Assembly (NCBI GenBank): GCA_964388035.1
Contig: CAYLZE010000088.1
Coordinates: 1 to 21,444, forward strand
Direction of reading: 5' to 3'
DNA from: an uncultured archaeon
Lineage (GTDB): Archaea > Asgardarchaeota > Lokiarchaeia > Sigyniarchaeales > SOKP01
DNA length: 21,444 bases
In this document: piece by piece, positions 20,008-21,444 of the stretch
How the letters are laid out: each line of letters opens with the position of its first letter
Numbering within the stretch: position 1 is the first letter of the stretch
Notes under the pieces: model-generated
What the model was told of the DNA's origin: nothing
The model's database searches: none
What the model saw: only the letters and a program-made list of their open reading frames with translations
Translations under genes and position numbers: made by a program

Positions 20008-20823
20008 ATGCAAGCGAAAATAAGAGAGAAAAAATTCTTTAAAAGTGACTTTGCAAGCGTGAACGGCATCAAAATGTATTATGAAATCCATGGAGAGAAA
20101 GGAAATCCGTTAATTTTGATTCATGGGGGCGGTTCAACCATTAAGACTTCATTTGGTAATATCATTCAGGATTTATCTCAACATTTTAAAGTTATTGCCA
20201 TGGAATTGCAGGGACATGGACACACGAGTGATAGAAATTCACCCGAGAGTTTTGAGCAAGATGCTGAGGATATTGTCTCTTTATTACATCATCTTCACGT
20301 ATACAGAGCGACATTTTTTGGATTCAGTAATGGGGGCAACGTTGCTCTTCAAATCGCTTTCCACCACGCTGAAATTGTTAAAAAGTTAATACTCGCTTCC
20401 ACCTTTTTTAAAAGAGAAGGGCTAATACCAGGATTCTTTGAAGGAATGAAGCAAGCTACCATTAAGGACATGCCGATACCTCTTAAAGATGCCTTCTTAC
20501 GAATAAATCCCGATGAAAATAAACTATTAACAATGTTTAATAAAGATCGAGAAAAGATGCTGCAATTTAAAAACTGGCGAGATAAAGACATCAGTTCCAT
20601 TAATGCCCCAACCTTAATTATTAATGGAGACCAAGATGTTGTATTGCCAAGCCATGCTGTCGAAATCTCAACCTTAATTAAAAATTCCCGATTGATGATA
20701 TTACCCGCTACTCACGGGAGTTACATAGGCGTTGCTGAGAGCGTAGAGCCAAATAAAGAGTTAATTGAGACGACGATTGGGATCATTAAGGATTTCCTGA
20801 AAGCTAAAAGCCCAATTGAGTAA
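20008..20823 (+). CDS. Alpha/beta-fold hydrolase
   Basis: LIHGG, LQGHGHT, nucleophile elbow GFSNGG, GDQD acid, ATHG His. Confidence 0.92.
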   Translation: MQAKIREKKFFKSDFASVNGIKMYYEIHGEKGNPLILIHGGGSTIKTSFGNIIQDLSQHFKVIAMELQGHGHTSDRNSPESFEQDAEDIVSLLHHLHVYRATFFGFSNGGNVALQIAFHHAEIVKKLILASTFFKREGLIPGFFEGMKQATIKDMPIPLKDAFLRINPDENKLLTMFNKDREKMLQFKNWRDKDISSINAPTLIINGDQDVVLPSHAVEISTLIKNSRLMILPATHGSYIGVAESVEPNKELIETTIGIIKDFLKAKSPIE

Positions 20824-20977
20824 AAAGAAAATAATAATGTACCACACTTTATTAGGCAAATCTCATTATAAAGAATAAAAATTGGAATGAAAATTTTGAT
20901 TATTTTACTCTAGTAATGTCATTCCTAAATCAAGAAACCAATAGAAATTTAATAATTTGAAGTATAATCGTTTTCAC

Positions 20978-21444
20978 ATGTCATTTAAGAGTATCCAAAA
21001 AAAGATTATTGAATTAAGAGAAGATAACACTTCGGGTGCAAATGAATTAATTGATAAAGCACTCGAGATTTATACGAATCAATTAGAATTAGTACCTAAT
21101 AGCGATGAGAATTTAAAACCTTCGATTTTGGAAGTCTCAAGAACCATTATCAACGCACGACCAAGCATGGCGCCCCTAATAAACACGGTGGGATTTCTGA
21201 TTGAGGGCTTTGACCTTGACGGGATTTCAAAAAAAGACATGTTAAATAGGATTCAACAATTCCATCAACATAAGACTAACATCGAAAATGCCTTACAGAA
21301 CAATTTTCTAGATTTTATTTCAAAAAACTCGAAGAAGGTTCGAAATATCCTTCTAATTTCGTATAGTTCCACCATAATTCGATTACTAAAAGAGCTACCA
21401 ACTGATTTAAAACCCTCGGATCTGGAAATTTACGTCCTGGAATC
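20978..21444 (+). CDS. eIF-2B/aIF-2B-family protein, 3'-partial (runs off the window)
   Basis: Open frame from ATG 20978: DNTSGANEL, ARPSMAPLIN, ILLISYSSTI, EIYVLE(S), matching eIF-2B/R15P-isomerase-fold motifs. Confidence 0.82.
   Translation, partial: MSFKSIQKKIIELREDNTSGANELIDKALEIYTNQLELVPNSDENLKPSILEVSRTIINARPSMAPLINTVGFLIEGFDLDGISKKDMLNRIQQFHQHKTNIENALQNNFLDFISKNSKKVRNILLISYSSTIIRLLKELPTDLKPSDLEIYVLE

Overview
AT-rich prokaryotic window, probably archaeal. A Lokiarchaeia/Asgard origin is inferred from TATA-like promoters, an aIF-2B-like gene, archaeal-style TA modules and a 7-TM protein; this is not proven. Intact genes encode two MFS transporters, an EamA/DMT transporter, GlpA and GlpB (no glpC nearby), two aldo/keto reductases, an ApbA/PanE-like reductase, a 7-TM membrane protein, a YgiD/DODA-type dioxygenase, a GC-richer MetE-core Zn enzyme, an alpha/beta hydrolase and a partial eIF-2B-family gene. 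The spacers between them hold about ten type II/VII toxin-antitoxin genes or remnants. Only one pair (hicBA at 5100-5538) looks intact; in five other pairs the toxin is truncated or frameshifted while the antitoxin ORF stays open. The ORF track misses a stop-interrupted gene at 18310-17897 (-) with tandem classical C2H2 zinc fingers and a C4 zinc ribbon. It also misses a 50-bp repeat with only synonymous differences and a perfect 16-bp DtxR-like palindrome. I saw no RNA genes, CRISPR arrays or transposases, and I cannot support a single intact novel multi-gene system. All family calls come from motif recognition, not database searches.
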